Positions 13,612 to 26,754 of a stretch of 64,000 bases of DNA are shown here, piece by piece. A program made the position numbers and the translations under genes. A model generated the notes under the pieces. It was not told where the DNA came from. It searched no databases and was given only the letters and a program-made list of their open reading frames with translations. This DNA comes from Callorhinchus milii (lineage: Eukaryota). Within the stretch, counting starts at the first letter, position 1, and every line of letters starts with the position of its first letter. Where the stretch lies: contig NW_024704758.1 of the NCBI RefSeq assembly GCF_018977255.1, forward strand, positions 9,238,001 to 9,302,000. The letters are read 5' to 3'.

Positions 13612-13672
13612 TCTCTCGCTGTTTATGAATCTTTTACAGATCTGCAAATATTTTTAAAAAAGCTTTTGCTGA
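13612..13672. repeat. About 60 bp direct repeat, copy 2
   Basis: Matches 12670-12728. Confidence 0.9.
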
Positions 13673-13982
13673 CTTTTGAAAATGTCCGCTCATTTACTGT
13701 GTATTTTTATTGCAGAGAGTGAATTGCAATTTTGGACCAAGTGATTGTATCTGAATTGTTGAATTTTATTGATTTTGTTTTCAAGTCTTTGACCTGTCTG
13801 AATCATTTGGTAAACTAAAGTGCTCCTATAGTTTTGGTTAACCATCACTAATCTGACAGTGCTGTGTTCATTTAGCTATTAGCTTATTGTAATTATTAAG
13901 TGTATGGGTTATGAATCCTTAATACCTCTCAGCTGTCTATCCGAAACCTCTTCTTTTCCTTCACAATAAGTACAAAATTGTT

Positions 13983-14380
13983 AATAATACTGCACTTGAT
14001 ATAATTCCTTATTGTGTCACCAAATTGTCTCAAAGCTCTTCATAGGGATTTACTGTAAAGTGTAGTGACTGTGTATTTGTGGGTGAATGCGGCAGCCATT
14101 TATACACAACAATGTTGCACAAACAGCCTTGAAGTGAAGTCAATTCTACCTGAAGAATTGCTGGCCAAGTCTCTTGGGGAAAAAAAGACTTCTCTTTTTA
14201 GAACAGTGACAGCGGGATGTTTAACATCGACCTGAGTTTGCCGACAGGACGTTGATTTCTGATCAGAAGGACAGCACCTCCAACAATGCAAACTTCCACG
14301 GCGTTACATGGGAGTATCTGCTTGGCTTATGAGCTCAAAGTCGCGGCTTGGGCTTGAACCCCCGACTTTCTGACTCTGAG
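13983..14380 (-). mobile_element. Near full-length Deu-domain SINE
   Basis: tRNA-like B box (gggcttgaaccc on +), Deu core gaaggacagcacctccaacaatgca and tttaacatcgacctgag, L2-type tail. Confidence 0.8.
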
Positions 14381-15431
14381 GCAATGATACCAAATGCAAG
14401 GATTATTGTTATTATTAAATATATGTACAGAGTTTTTCGAATAACTAAGACAACATCCAATTGAAGGCCACAAATTTTGAATCCCACAAAGGATTTTCCT
14501 CCCTCTCTGACACGTTAACATCGATGCTTTATGGCTACACCTGCCTCTGGGCATTCTCTTTGGGTTTTTTTCTGCAGCGGAACTTCACGCAGCTGGCCAG
14601 CATCTGTACCAAATAAGCACTGGCTATGACATTTGGAATTTGGGTTGATAACTCGAATATTGTTCCTTTAATGCTAACATGTGACTTTCACAAACTAGAA
14701 CTTTGTAATGCAGACTGTTCCTGGCAGCATGAGTTTTTTTTTAGCAGAGTACAGTATTTTGTTATACAATGAATTATGCAGAAAACCTTAAGGGTTGTAA
14801 CATTTTCATGCATACTTTGAACATAAAAGTGATAAGTTGTGAAAGAGCTGTTGGCCTTTCTGAATGGCATTAATTATGTGGGTGTCTGCGTACAGCAAAG
14901 CGAAAAACACACACTCACTGGAACTAAATGGGCTATTATTTTGGATCTGAGATGTACAGGCAGATTGATGTCTTGGCAGTGTTTCTAGCTGTGTGCAGAT
15001 CCAGCCTTGGAAGGACAGTTTACCGATTTGAAACCAGAATACAGTGTCGCTAAATTGAATAATTGAATTCAATTCAATAATCTGGCTTGATTTCGATGAT
15101 CGAAAAGTATCCAAGGTCAAAAATAATGTACAGAGTTTGGCAAAGCATTGTCAATCAACTGAAAGCATAGTTCCAAATGTAAGCATTCAGGGGATTACAC
15201 TACCATAATAATCCTTGCATTTGATGTAGCACCTTGTCATGTCATCAGGATGTCCCAAAGCACGTCACTGGCACTTTTAGAGTGCTGGTGAAGTGCTTAC
15301 AGTGTCGAGAAAACCTTCCTCTTTCACTGTGCCCTCAGGCGCATGACCACCCTACCCTGCAACCCTCTTGATTCCAACCCCCAGCTCTTTTTGTTTTACA
15401 TTTACACCCCGCCATTTGCGTACGGAGGCTA

Positions 15432-15525
15432 ATAATAATAATGATCCTTGCATTTGATATAGCGACTTGTTACATCTTTGCGAGGTCTCAAAGCGCTTCA
15501 CAGGATATACTGTAAAGTGATGGAT
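15432..15525 (-). mobile_element. Young tRNA-SINE family, 3' fragment
   Basis: (AAT)n, atccttgcatttgatatagcg...tctcaaagcgcttcacaggatatactgtaaagtga. Confidence 0.85.
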
Positions 15526-16876
15526 GTCACAAGGCGCTTCAAAAAGCAGAATTCAAGCAGAAAGCAAAAAGTAAAGGATCAATCCTGCACAGACCTGCAC
15601 AGGTCCCTCTGAGATTGTGCTTTTACCCAGATCTCAGCATCAGACCCCTCTGTGCCCAGCAGCTCAGTATCTGAGCAGAGCTCCAGGCTATCTGTTGACC
15701 AACCCCGTGGAGTTTAAGCCACAACATCTGCTAATACTTTGCCACTTAGAATGATTGTATTGTTTTAATTTTTATTACTGCAGTCAGATGAAACGCAGAT
15801 ACCTCACAAGGAACTTTAACATTCTTTAGAAGCAGAGTTGGAAAAGCGGGTGAACCTAAGCCTCTTCTAAACCACAGAATTCAAAAGACAGCAGTGAAAA
15901 CATAAACATGCGCACTTTAAATGTTACACAGGCAATGTTACACTCAAATAATTAAGTTTTTATTGTAGTGATTTGTTACACGCTGCTGAAAGGGCGAACA
16001 GTCCCCAATAGGCTGTGACCCAATGACAGCAGTTCATAACACAGTAGTTTCATTGACATTAAAAGCAATGGATATTGCTTCTGAAACATTCCTCTGCTGC
16101 TTTCAGAGCACAACAGACACCTGCCCCTTTTTGTAAGGCGTTGACACATCACACTGTGAAATAAAAGAGCCATGTTTATGGCTCCCTCACCAATAGGGAA
16201 CCTGCATCAAATATGTGGAGAGAGTAATTTTATTGCTTGGAAATATCATTAAATCTGGTTTCAAACATGGGGTCGGTTGTGGGCAGGTTTCATTCCTCGT
16301 GTACTGACAGTTTGTGGAAACCTGTCTGGAGAAGTAACACACAAATAAGCGTGCAAAATATGACTGATGATTCTGACCATTCAAAGACCTGAATACAAGA
16401 CTTTACCAACTGACCTTTGTCCAGTTCAGGGATTTAATTGTGTAAAGCTTTCTTTCCAGGGACAGAATCTCCAATAATCCTGACTGTCACTTAAAAGCTT
16501 TTTCTTTATGGGGTTGATGACAATCAGCATGGATGAGAATGGCTAAGTGTCTAGCTATGTAAGTGAATGCTTTGAGCAATTCTGACTGTGAGGTTGTTTT
16601 TAAAAAACGGCTAATATTAGAAGAAAAAATCTTTTGTTAAGAATGTAAAATCCAGATGGTAAGTTTGCCTTCCAACCAAAAAGGTATTTAGGTCAGAATT
16701 GTCTTATTTTGTTTTCTTTTTAGCTCTTTGGGATGGGGATGAGAACAGTCACATGCAAAGAGGAATTTAAAATTGATGAACATTGGAAATTGGAAATAAA
16801 AAATAATTTGAGATGCGTAGTAGAATCAATCTGAAAGAGAAATCAAAATGTTGTGGTACATTCCGAGATTCACACT

Positions 16877-16995
16877 TAATAATAATCCTTGCATTTGACA
16901 TAACGCCTTATCGTGTCTTCGAGACGTCTCAAAGTGCTTCACAGAATAATAATATACTGTAAAGTGAACTGACTATATTTTGTGGGAGAAACATG
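16877..16995 (-). mobile_element. Young tRNA-SINE family, 3' fragment
   Basis: Same tail and body as 61966-62290. Confidence 0.85.
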
Positions 16996-18574
16996 AAAAC
17001 ATACTTCCTCTTTTGAAATGCTAATGGCCCTACTGTGCTTTTCCATCATTTTCACTTTATATTAGTCAAGTGTATGTATTCCATAATTAAGAATTGTTTT
17101 AGTAAATTTAATGTTTGAAAGATTTTTTAAAAAAAAACTGTGATCTTGGAGATCATTTACTGCCAGTTTACTAGTCAGAAAGCTAGTCAAAGAATAATTG
17201 CAAATTCAAGTTACTAAAAGGTCTTAAAGCAAAAAGGACTTTGAAGTTCAGGACATCAGTTATAGGGCAAGAATCATGTTTTCAGATGTACTGGCTCTTC
17301 TGTTCAACCCTCGGTTCAGATTTATTGTTTCACTTAAATTCCTCTGGACTCAGAATCATTTTAAAATGAACGCAACAAGCGTTCAACCGTCCACGGTGAG
17401 ATGGAAACAAATTGCTCTTACATTCATAAAACAACCTGTTTGCGCTGCTCTCGTATTATAGCTCTATCAAGTCAATCTTTTGGTCTTTGTTATAAGCAGG
17501 TCCGAAACTAATTCTGTACAGTGGAGAAATATGCAGCGGACTCGATCTTTATTTATTCACAAAAGCTGCAAAAAAGCAGTACGTGTGAATCCTGTTTTTT
17601 TAAATGTGACCAAAGAGATAATAGCTATATTTGTCAATAGTTTAACAATGAGTAAAAAGCCTGCTTCATCTTAATATGCCAGTTGACTTGATTACATACC
17701 AAGTGATACCCTCTGATTGATGATATACCTGACTCTAATCCTTTCTCGATGGGGAAAAGGTAATGACATTTCCTAATTTAATTATTGTGAAGAATGGACG
17801 TCTATTTTGAACATGACAGTTAACATGCACAGAATGCAGGGCTTTTTGATTGTTAAGTGACCTTTAGAACAATTTGTAGTTATTGGGAATGATCCTGCTC
17901 ATTTATTTCACATTTTCACTTTTTGATGAGAATTCGATGTGTTGAGCCTTAATCCTTCCTTTCAATACAAGGCTCTTTTCATCCAAAAAGCGGCGACGCA
18001 AAACTTTCGAGACTCCCTTGGAATGGTGAAATGGGCATAGAAATACGGTGTTTGATTACAACTGATGTTATAGGGGCTTGGCACTGATTTAAAATGAACG
18101 CAACAAGCATTCAATGTTCGGGGACACGACCCTGCGTGAGGAGGCGCTTATAGAAATACGTTGTTGTTAATTTAGCTGTCTGATTTCTCAGTGTCTTTCT
18201 TACGAAAGGCAAACGTGCATTTAGCACCTCCTTCAGTAAATCAGAAGAGAATACGTGGAAGCAAAGGCGAGCCACCGCCAGGTAAGTATTTCAGTGTCAT
18301 CACTGGGTCATAGTATTCCGTAAGCAGGGCAGAAAATCTGAGCTGTTTCAAATGTTCAGACCCAACAGAGCTCCCCGTTTTATAGGTCAAGAAACCACAG
18401 CAATGGATAATAATTATCCGTGTCCCTTGATTTCCAGTCTTATTTTGGAGACTGCCTATTACTTTGAATATGTTACTATGCCAGTTCTTTGGTGTTCCGA
18501 TTGACCTTAGTACCTCCAAGTTCACGTTTATAAACAGTATGAAGACTCTGGTGTAACTCAACAATGGCAAGGCT

Positions 18575-18840
18575 GAATGGGAAGTGTTGGTACCTTGGAC
18601 GTATTCTCAAAGACAGAGCTTACAGCTTTCATGATAGCCGTGGCAGAATAGCAAAGGCGAAAGCTGCATTTAATTAGATCTGCTGACTGGATAGAAAGGA
18701 TTGTGCCCTTCATAACTAAGCTATATGTCTGCAACACAGCTGTATTCTCCAGTCTGACATGTAATGCCCCACAAAAAGCACGAAATGAGAGGTATCAACA
18801 TCCTCCGAATCCTGTGCCTGCAACATATATTGGGCAGGTG
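18575..18840 (+). mobile_element. RTE-clade LINE ORF relic (post-RT region)
   Basis: YLGRILKD....HDSRGRIAKAKAAFN / WIERIVPFITKLYVCNTAVFSSL / INILRILCLQHILG match the RTE pattern FKYLGS..RI.KA..AF..IW....TKL..Y...V.S.L..CLRRILG; stops and frameshifts present. Confidence 0.7.
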
Positions 18841-18899
18841 TAAGGAAGCCTATAATCCAGGGAAGAAGTGTAGCAAATATAGATTATGCAGGTTAAAGG

Positions 18900-19090
18900 A
18901 TCTGAGAATATAACTAGAGGTCACAGGTTTTAAACTTCACAAACCTCGAATGAGATTGGAGATTGCAAGATTTTCCTTTGTCACAGATTAATGGCTTTGT
19001 GGATCAGTCTCACAGCAAAAGCAGTTGTTGTGCCAAGCAATTTCACCGAGATGGAGTTTGCATCAATATCCGGTTGTGAATGATATTGGA
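18900..19090 (+). mobile_element. CR1-type ORF2 C-terminal relic
   Basis: ENITRGHRF-KLHKPRMRLEIARFSF..LW..L..KAV, the TRGH..KL......R..FF..R....WN.LP motif. Confidence 0.7.
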
Positions 19091-19094
19091 GGAG

Positions 19095-19395
19095 AATAAT
19101 AATAATAATCATACTTACATTTGATATAACGCCTTACCACATTGGAAGGACGTCTCAAAGCGCTTCACAGAATTTACTGTCAAATGGAGTGACTGTATTT
19201 ATAGACCATTATGGCAGCCAATTGCACACAGCAATTTGCCACATACAGCATTAAACGAGTGAACAATTTTATTGGGGGGATTGATGGCCAGGACACCGGG
19301 AGAAACTCCCTTCTCTTTTTGAACAGTGTCACAGTATCTCTAATGTCTACTTAAACAGGCAAACAGTACCTCGGTTCTTTTATCTGAGGTACAGA
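19095..19395 (-). mobile_element. Deu-domain SINE, 3' two-thirds
   Basis: (AAT)n tail, ggcagccaattgcacacagc, tggccaggacaccgggagaaactccc, aaacaggcaaacagtacctcggtt. Confidence 0.8.
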
Positions 19396-21672
19396 GTGTT
19401 TTTCCCCAGGTTAGCTTTTTGCCTGTAATACTTTACTTTTTCTTACTGTAGACCCTCGAGGATGTGTATTAGTTGCCGAGTGGAGTAGAGGACTGCTGCT
19501 GCAGAGAGTGAGCCCTGTATACAGGTGTCATGTGGGCAAAACTAGAATACCATGATGGCCAAAGCTTGTGGTGGGTCATTGCTATACAAGAATGATTAGG
19601 AGAGTGTAATTGAGTCTGACATAATTAGAACAACTCCAATGCACTGGCTTCACACATTTGGTTTGCCATTGCGAACTTTAACACATCTTTTCACATACCA
19701 TTCCTCCAGCAAAGTGCGTCAGACTGTTGTTCAGTAAGCGTTAGTGTCAGTTGGGTTTGGGCCCAAATTTGCCACAAACGGCAGAACAAGTAGAAGCGTG
19801 TCAAATTCCTTTAGACAAAATGGATCAGTAAAAATCACAGATGCCTATATCCACAGTGCACTGTGAAGTGGCATATGTTTAGTGTGTTTCTACCTTTGGT
19901 CCAGACATTTGTCATTTCTAACAATACTACACTTAAAATAATATTGCACTTTAGTGCAACACTGAGCACCCAATAGCATCTAATTTGTGGCAATTTCCAA
20001 TCAGATTTGTTGCAAATCTACTTTGGGGCGTGTTGGATCAGGGCTCTGGACAGTTGGTCAATGCGCCACATTTCTTAGGGATTTCTCTGTTTGGGATTAA
20101 TACCTGCGAAGCCGTCACACCTACTCCCATATATTTCCTGCCAATCTCTGACTGTGATTTGTACACCTTAGCAAGTTCGTTAATGTTCATGGTAATATAA
20201 TCATTGAAAAGCTTTTAGGGATTTCAGGGAATCCACACTAGGTTTTAAACCCTGAGGAAGCATTACAATGCATACAATTGGTTCAAGGAGACACAAAGAG
20301 GAATTGGCAGAAAAGTTGAAGCCGAACTGCTATATAAATTGAAACGATTAATTCTTACAACAACAACAACAAATTGCATGTATATTTGGCCTTTCACATC
20401 AGGAGGATTCCCTTACAGTTGGAATTGTGCATTTAGTTGATTGATAATACTTTGCCACATTTTGCATATGATTTTTGATCTTGGATATTTTTCTCCCATC
20501 CAAATCAAGGCGCTAGCTATATCAAAGGCAAGGATTTTTATTAAAATTCACAATGCTCAAGGACCCATATGCCCATCGTGACTTTGAAAGACCAATCCTA
20601 TTCCCCATACCGCAAGCTACCGTTAAATAAAGTAAGAAACTTATTTTCTTGTGTTCTTTTGGCTTTTGAATTTTCATGACGCAAATTTTATGATGCAACT
20701 TGTAACTGGCAGTCAATTACCATATGTCCAAACTGCACTGGGTAATCTCATGGCTGTCTACATTTGTGGTGTCTAAGCTTTGCTTGCCTATATTTATTCC
20801 AAAAAGAGCTTTAACACCCACTCTCATGGTAATTCAGTCCTCATTGTTTATGGGGTCTGTCTTGTCGTAAGCAGTGATGGGCAGATGGACTCATTCTGTC
20901 CACAGCAAAAGCTGCTATTACTCTGGGCCAGCTTCTCTCAGCTGAAAGGTCTGTTAAGTTTTTTTCTGTTTGTCACATGGAATTTCTTCCTGCAGTTAAG
21001 AAATTTGTGAACACACTCAGGCTTTGGGTAAATATTTGATGGGAATTCAACTGCAAGAGAAATTTTGTGAACGTACTCTGCATATTTTTTGGTAGCTTCT
21101 AAGACAAAGATTTAAATACAATAAAAGTTTCATCTGTGCTGAACTCCTAATCTGTAAGGCAAATGTTTCTTCATAAAAGATTCATTAAATATGATTGCCA
21201 TCTTACTTTAAATTCACTGTTGCACCCTGATTATCATTACTGTTACAACAGCAATTTGCATTTATATAGCACCATTCATGTAAAAGGCTTAGCAATGGGA
21301 AAGGTGGACACCCAGGGAGAGAGTGGGAGAAATGACTGATAGCGCGATGAAAAACTAAGTATTTTAGGAGAGTTTTCAATCTTAGCGCAGAGGAAGCAAA
21401 GCAATTTCGGAAGAGGACTAGTGTGTGTAGGACTGATCTGTGCCCTACACTGCCAAGGGACACATGGAAGTAAAAACTTGGACCAGTTTACTACAGCCTC
21501 GGTGTCATCCGCTTAAAACTGTGGAAATCTCTATGTGTATGTGGTGTATGCGATGTGTGTGTGTATGTGTTTGGGGGGGGGTGGGAAGATGTCATGTTCG
21601 AGCTGGATCAAAGTGAGAAATTATTTTATCGCTGGAGATCAAATAACCTTCAAACTATGTGGGGTTAAGAAA

Positions 21673-21804
21673 ATGTGCCCATTTGCGGATTGTGTTAACC
21701 ATGTGCGGTATGGGCCTTTACTTATGTAACCAATAAGAAGGGTTTGAATAACTTAATGGCACCTGTTGACACATGGTTAAACCCAACTTGCAAATTTTGC
21801 ACAT
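21673..21804. repeat. Degenerate inverted repeat (MITE-like), about 33 bp arms
   Basis: atgtgcccatttgcggattgtgttaaccatgtg versus reverse complement of right arm atgtgcaaaatttgcaagttgggtttaaccatgtg. Confidence 0.55.
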
Positions 21805-23519
21805 CAGTTGAAGACCACCTCACAAATTAGACCTCAGGGTTATCGTTGAATGCAGAGAAGGGTTCTCCTTGAGGCTTGATGCTGATTAATATTATAACCA
21901 ATACACTGAACAACTGAAGCTGCATCTGCTTGCTCTTGACGCTGTCACTGTGCGCTGTCAGGTATGAATATTGTTGACCTTGTATCTTAAACGCTTTTCT
22001 ATCAAAGACTGCCTGAGTGATGTTAAATTAATTAGAGCGCACCTTGATATGAACTCCTGAAGGTAGGTGTATGGAAGCGTAGATTTGTAACTAGAAAACA
22101 TCAAAAAGGAGTTAATACACAGTCACGTTGTATAAAATGAAAAATAGATTAAACTTTATTACTATTGTCTCAAATTGAATTGTCTTGATAACTTGTGAAT
22201 TATGAAGTTTGTTCAATAAACTCCAATTGTATTGTACAACAATAGCAAGAGAGCAGGGGCTTAGACTTTTTCACTTCACGTGTGATTGATTGAAACACAT
22301 AAAATGAAACACATAGAGTCTGCAAGGGCATTCTTTTCCTAATCCAGTGTTAATGGGTTGCTCCGCTGCCTTTGGATAGTGTCCTGGTGTCTGATCAGGA
22401 ACAGATCTCACGCTAGCATCTGTCGACAGACTTATGGAGCGTTTGCAACAAATGATTCTCGTCCTGTTTGTTGCTGACCTTCTCCCTTCGGCCCTGCTGA
22501 TCTTTGGTGGGAGTGTAGTCAGAGCTTTAAAGGCCAGTTTATATCTCATGTGCCTAGATTAGATGTTTGGTGCATACATTGACCATTCACAGTCTGACGT
22601 TAGTTATTTATTATTGTAATTTCTGGTGGGAAATATTCACTGATTGTGGTGAGAGTCCATTTTATACTCTTCTAGTGAGAACATTTGCTGAGCTTGCTGA
22701 TTCAGGCTCAAACTGTAGATGGAAACTCCCGTTCTAAGCTAATAATGTTGGCACATATTACCAATTATCGAAGAATCCAATGAACGTGTTCTGATGCTGC
22801 AGTTTTCCTCACCTGTTGCTGAGGCTCTCCAGTCCATCGAGTCAATAAATAATGGGCTTTCAGCTGGTGCATTTAATTAAAAAAGCAAATCAATACAAGC
22901 GTCTAGTAAAATAAAAATAAAACCTCAATAAACTGCCTTCAAGGAAGCATCTGCAGATGCGTGATAAGGTAGGTTAGGAGCACTCAAGTCAACCCTCTCA
23001 ACCTCAGGCAGCTTAGAGGTAGAAGATCAATTCAGCTTTACAGCCCAGAGGAAAAGTGCAAAGAGTTAGTAACGCACTGAAGAAATACCCAAGAGCATTT
23101 AAGACTGATGTCCTAAGGACTTAATGAAACCCACAGTGACTGTAATTTTTATCCCATTTATTTTGCCAATAATGAGTAAAGGGAATAATACAATGTGAAC
23201 TCTTGCAACAAAGTTTAAAAAGGGACTTGGCGATGAGTCTTTAGCTTTCTATGGTGTGGGGGAACCCAGTTTAATTTGGGGTGTGCCTGTAGTTTGTGAC
23301 AGTCGTGTTAAAGATATGTTGTGTTGCTCATTAACGCACCGATAACATTTACTTCTTCCCTGCCCAGTCTCTGGACAACCTTGTTATAATACGATAGGCA
23401 AATCGAAATTCGATTTTATTGAATTTTAATCAGGTCCACACAAACATGTTGTTACACTGGAGGTACACTTTTTGACACAAGTCTAGGAACCAACTGCCCA
23501 ATAGGCTAATTGTTAGCTT

Positions 23520-23760
23520 GGTACAATAAATGGCAATTTGGCTGTGCTGGTATTTACACCTTGACCCTGTCTTCCCATCAACCATGCACAATCACTTTTC
23601 ATCAATGGCCACTGGATGCTAATTGAGAACAGGAAAACTTTTCCTGCTTCCTATCCCAAGGCCTGCTGAGACCCGACCTCCATACTGGCTGAGATCATGT
23701 ATTGCGCTGGGTGACACCACTGGCAGATCCCTGGATGTTGTTCAATGCTGTTTAATCATT
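23520..23760 (-). mobile_element. AmnSINE2-like ancient SINE
   Basis: cacttttc..ggccactggat..gagaacaggaaaac..cctatcccaagg..gctgagacc..ggctgagatca follows the reverse complement of the recalled AmnSINE2 core and the copy at 45528. Confidence 0.55.
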
Positions 23761-23797
23761 GGGCACCTTGAAGATGTGACAGAATTAGGATAGCTAC

Positions 23798-23846
23798 TAA
23801 CCTTCTGACTCAAAGGTGAGAGTGCTACCAACTGAGCTAGGCTGGT
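23798..23846 (-). mobile_element. tRNA-derived head fragment of Deu-type SINE
   Basis: aaccttctgactcaaaggtgagagtgctaccaactgagctaggctg matches the head at 42590-42638. Confidence 0.7.
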
Positions 23847-24251
23847 ACCTGGAATATCATGGTGCAGATTGTCTTCAACGTTTCCAAATTTGGAAATCAT
23901 TTTATGTTAATTAGGATTGAGATGTGTAATTCAAAGGTGAACCATTCCCCAAATTGGTTTTAACAGCAGGCAACTTTGTAATTGGTGCCAGGGAGTAACC
24001 TTGCTTCAATAGTGCAATACTGACACTAACATGACCTAATAGATAATTAAAAAGGAACATAATTATTGATGCCTTACTATGCTGAGCTGAAACTTGTCTG
24101 TCCCAGTTACTATTAATAATACTATTCCTTACATTTGCTATAGTGCCTTTCATATCAGGAGACCATAAAGCATAGTGACTTTTTTTGTGGGCTAACAGAG
24201 CAGCCAATTTGCACACAGTAATGTTTTATTTCCACAAAAGACCATAAAGTT

Positions 24252-24400
24252 AATAATAATAAATAATAACCCTTGCATTTGATATAACGCCTTATCACGT
24301 CTTCGAGATGTCCCAAAGCACTTCACAGAATACACTGTAAAGTGAAATGATTGTCTATTTTGTGGGTGAAATGCTTGTTTTGCATACAACATCTAACACA
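24252..24400 (-). mobile_element. Young tRNA-SINE family, 3' fragment
   Basis: (AAT)n, ccttgcatttgatataacgccttatcacgtcttcgagatgtcccaaagcacttcacagaatac. Confidence 0.85.
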
Positions 24401-26189
24401 GCCCTGTGAAAAGGAAATGTGAAAATGTAGTGATTTTTTAAAAAAAGTAAATAAGCTGAGGGTATTCAATATTCAACATATGGCCTGCAAGTTACATGTG
24501 AGTTTTTAATCAAGGTTGAGTTGACTGGAAGCCTGTAAATTAGTTTTCTGATGTTTGGTGTCTTTGATGTAGATGCTGCCACTCACATTGTTGGATGTTC
24601 ATGTGCACAAACCATAATGTGATGACAAACTTGATGTTGACAAATTAGTTTTGGTCCTTCAGTGATTTGTTCACTGCATCAGTTGAAGTGCCAGTATAAA
24701 ATTGCTAATTCACTGTGTAACAATAGAAATAGAGGGAGTTGTGATTAGTTAGTGGAAGTTTTGTGGGTGAAAATTGAGGACATGCAAAAAATGCCTATGT
24801 GCAGGATTTGCCGAAGGTCTCGTATTTCAGAGGATGTGGTTTTCATCTTCACAAATTACTCCTGTTTTTTTTCTCATTGCCTCAGTGAACCAAGTGGCTC
24901 ATAATGTAATTTTACGTCTGCCATTGTATTAATTCTGAGTCAGTGAGAATGTTTGAGGAATGCAGATAATTACTTGGCTAGTGAAATGGTCAAATAGGAT
25001 TGGGGTACAGATCAATAGCAACAGGAACTTGCATTCAACTCCAAAAGCCTCTCAGCCGACTACTGTCTCAGAGGTTCAAGGGGCCTTAGAATTGTTTCCA
25101 CAATTTATTTCTTCAATTTTGCTCTGTCACAAAGAAGTTCAGAATAACAATTTTTACTATTTCCATAAATCTCAAGTCAGGGCCTGCGTATGTTTGTGTG
25201 TGTAAAAAAAATCAGTGAATAATCTTTAACAGAATCAAGTTTATATTCAATTAAAAGAACTGAGTAATAAAACTGCTTGCACCCTGGAGTTTTTGAGGAT
25301 GGATGTGCCTCACATTGCTCCTTTGGTGTTTCTTTGCTGATCATCAGTCAACACAGTAAATACAGTTCCATTTGCACCTTAACTGCTTGGGACTGTAAAA
25401 GAATTATAGGATAGCAGAAGTTCATGGCCTGTAATTCCCTTTCTGGTTCTGCCACTAACCATCCACTATCTATTATAATAAACTCCTGCAATAACAACAC
25501 CACATGTGCAATTACCTATTGTTACAGGGTATAGAAATGATCAATTTTCATCTGCTAAAGTTTATTATGTTTCATTATAATTTCTCAAGTGTAAAGAAAA
25601 TGGATGAGGCAGCCTTGCCCTTGCATTACTAATGCAATGACTCAAGACTGTGGAGTGATGAGAAACTAATTTTCCTGCACTTGTTTTCTTCTCATTGGCA
25701 AAAAAAATGCAATTTACAATTTTGCAGTGCGCCATAGATTTTTCCCTGCCAATAATTACACAGGAATTTTAAACTTTGTTAAGAGATGAAGCATTCCCTA
25801 AAGCTGTGGAGTGTCGTTAAAAAACCAATGTCTAAAATACCACATTGGAAAGGCCTCAAATGGCTAAATGTTCGAAGCCTTGGTAAAAGTTATCCATAGT
25901 TTGAAGGAAATCTCGATCCGAATGAAATGCACGTCGCCACATTAATTTAATCCTAAACATATCTAGATTTCATGCGTCTTGGTGCGCTGCTGCAGAACAA
26001 CAACAACTTGCTTTATACAGCGCCCTTCACGTGGGGTAGTGTCCTGGAGTGCTTGAAGTCGGCAAACATGGCCCACGTGGTTAGGGTATGCTGCTTCTGT
26101 GGTGATTGATGGTGTTTTGATGGATTGACCCCCTTTGGTAAACTGCTGTGGTGAATCTCCACATTGTCAGTGTCCAGTTTCATCCTACT

Positions 26190-26290
26190 CTCGGGTATCT
26201 CGCCCCAAGTGGCCAGTCTTCATGCCAGGCAGTGAGTGCTGGCAGTTTATTTGTTTGTATTGGGCACAAAAGCCCTTTCCCACCTGAGCA
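26190..26290 (-). mobile_element. AmnSINE2-like 3' fragment
   Basis: ggtatctcgccccaagtggccagtcttcat..ggcagtgagtgctggcagtttatt..gggcac..aagccc matches the reverse complement of the recalled AmnSINE2 3' part. Confidence 0.6.
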
Positions 26291-26754
26291 CCCCCATCCC
26301 ACCCCCCACCCCACACCCCACCAAATCCACCCAGTCTTAGCCGTAGGATCAATGACTTAAAATTTCAGAAAGTGCTGAATTTTGCAAAATCCTCAAATCC
26401 AAACGGAATTTGGAAACCAGTTTTCTGCAGTTTGTGGCTTCCCGAATTCAGACTCAAATTAAAGAATTTCCCAAACTTTCTGCGCAATCTTAAATCTCAA
26501 GACAGTGGTCTCGAGACTAAGGCCATGAACACATTTTTGGGGCCTTTGACATCTATTCCCGTGCAATTTTTCCAATTCGGCACAGAATGGGAATTGAACT
26601 TTGTCCATTTCTGACCATATTGTGCGGTTCATGAAAGACTGGACAAAACCCTTCACCCAATTGGCCATCCAAGAGAGCTTGTGCAGCTTCTTTGAAGCTA
26701 CTTCAGTTGGAACTGCAGCTACATTAACACGTAACAGAAGCTGGAGAAAAAAAA

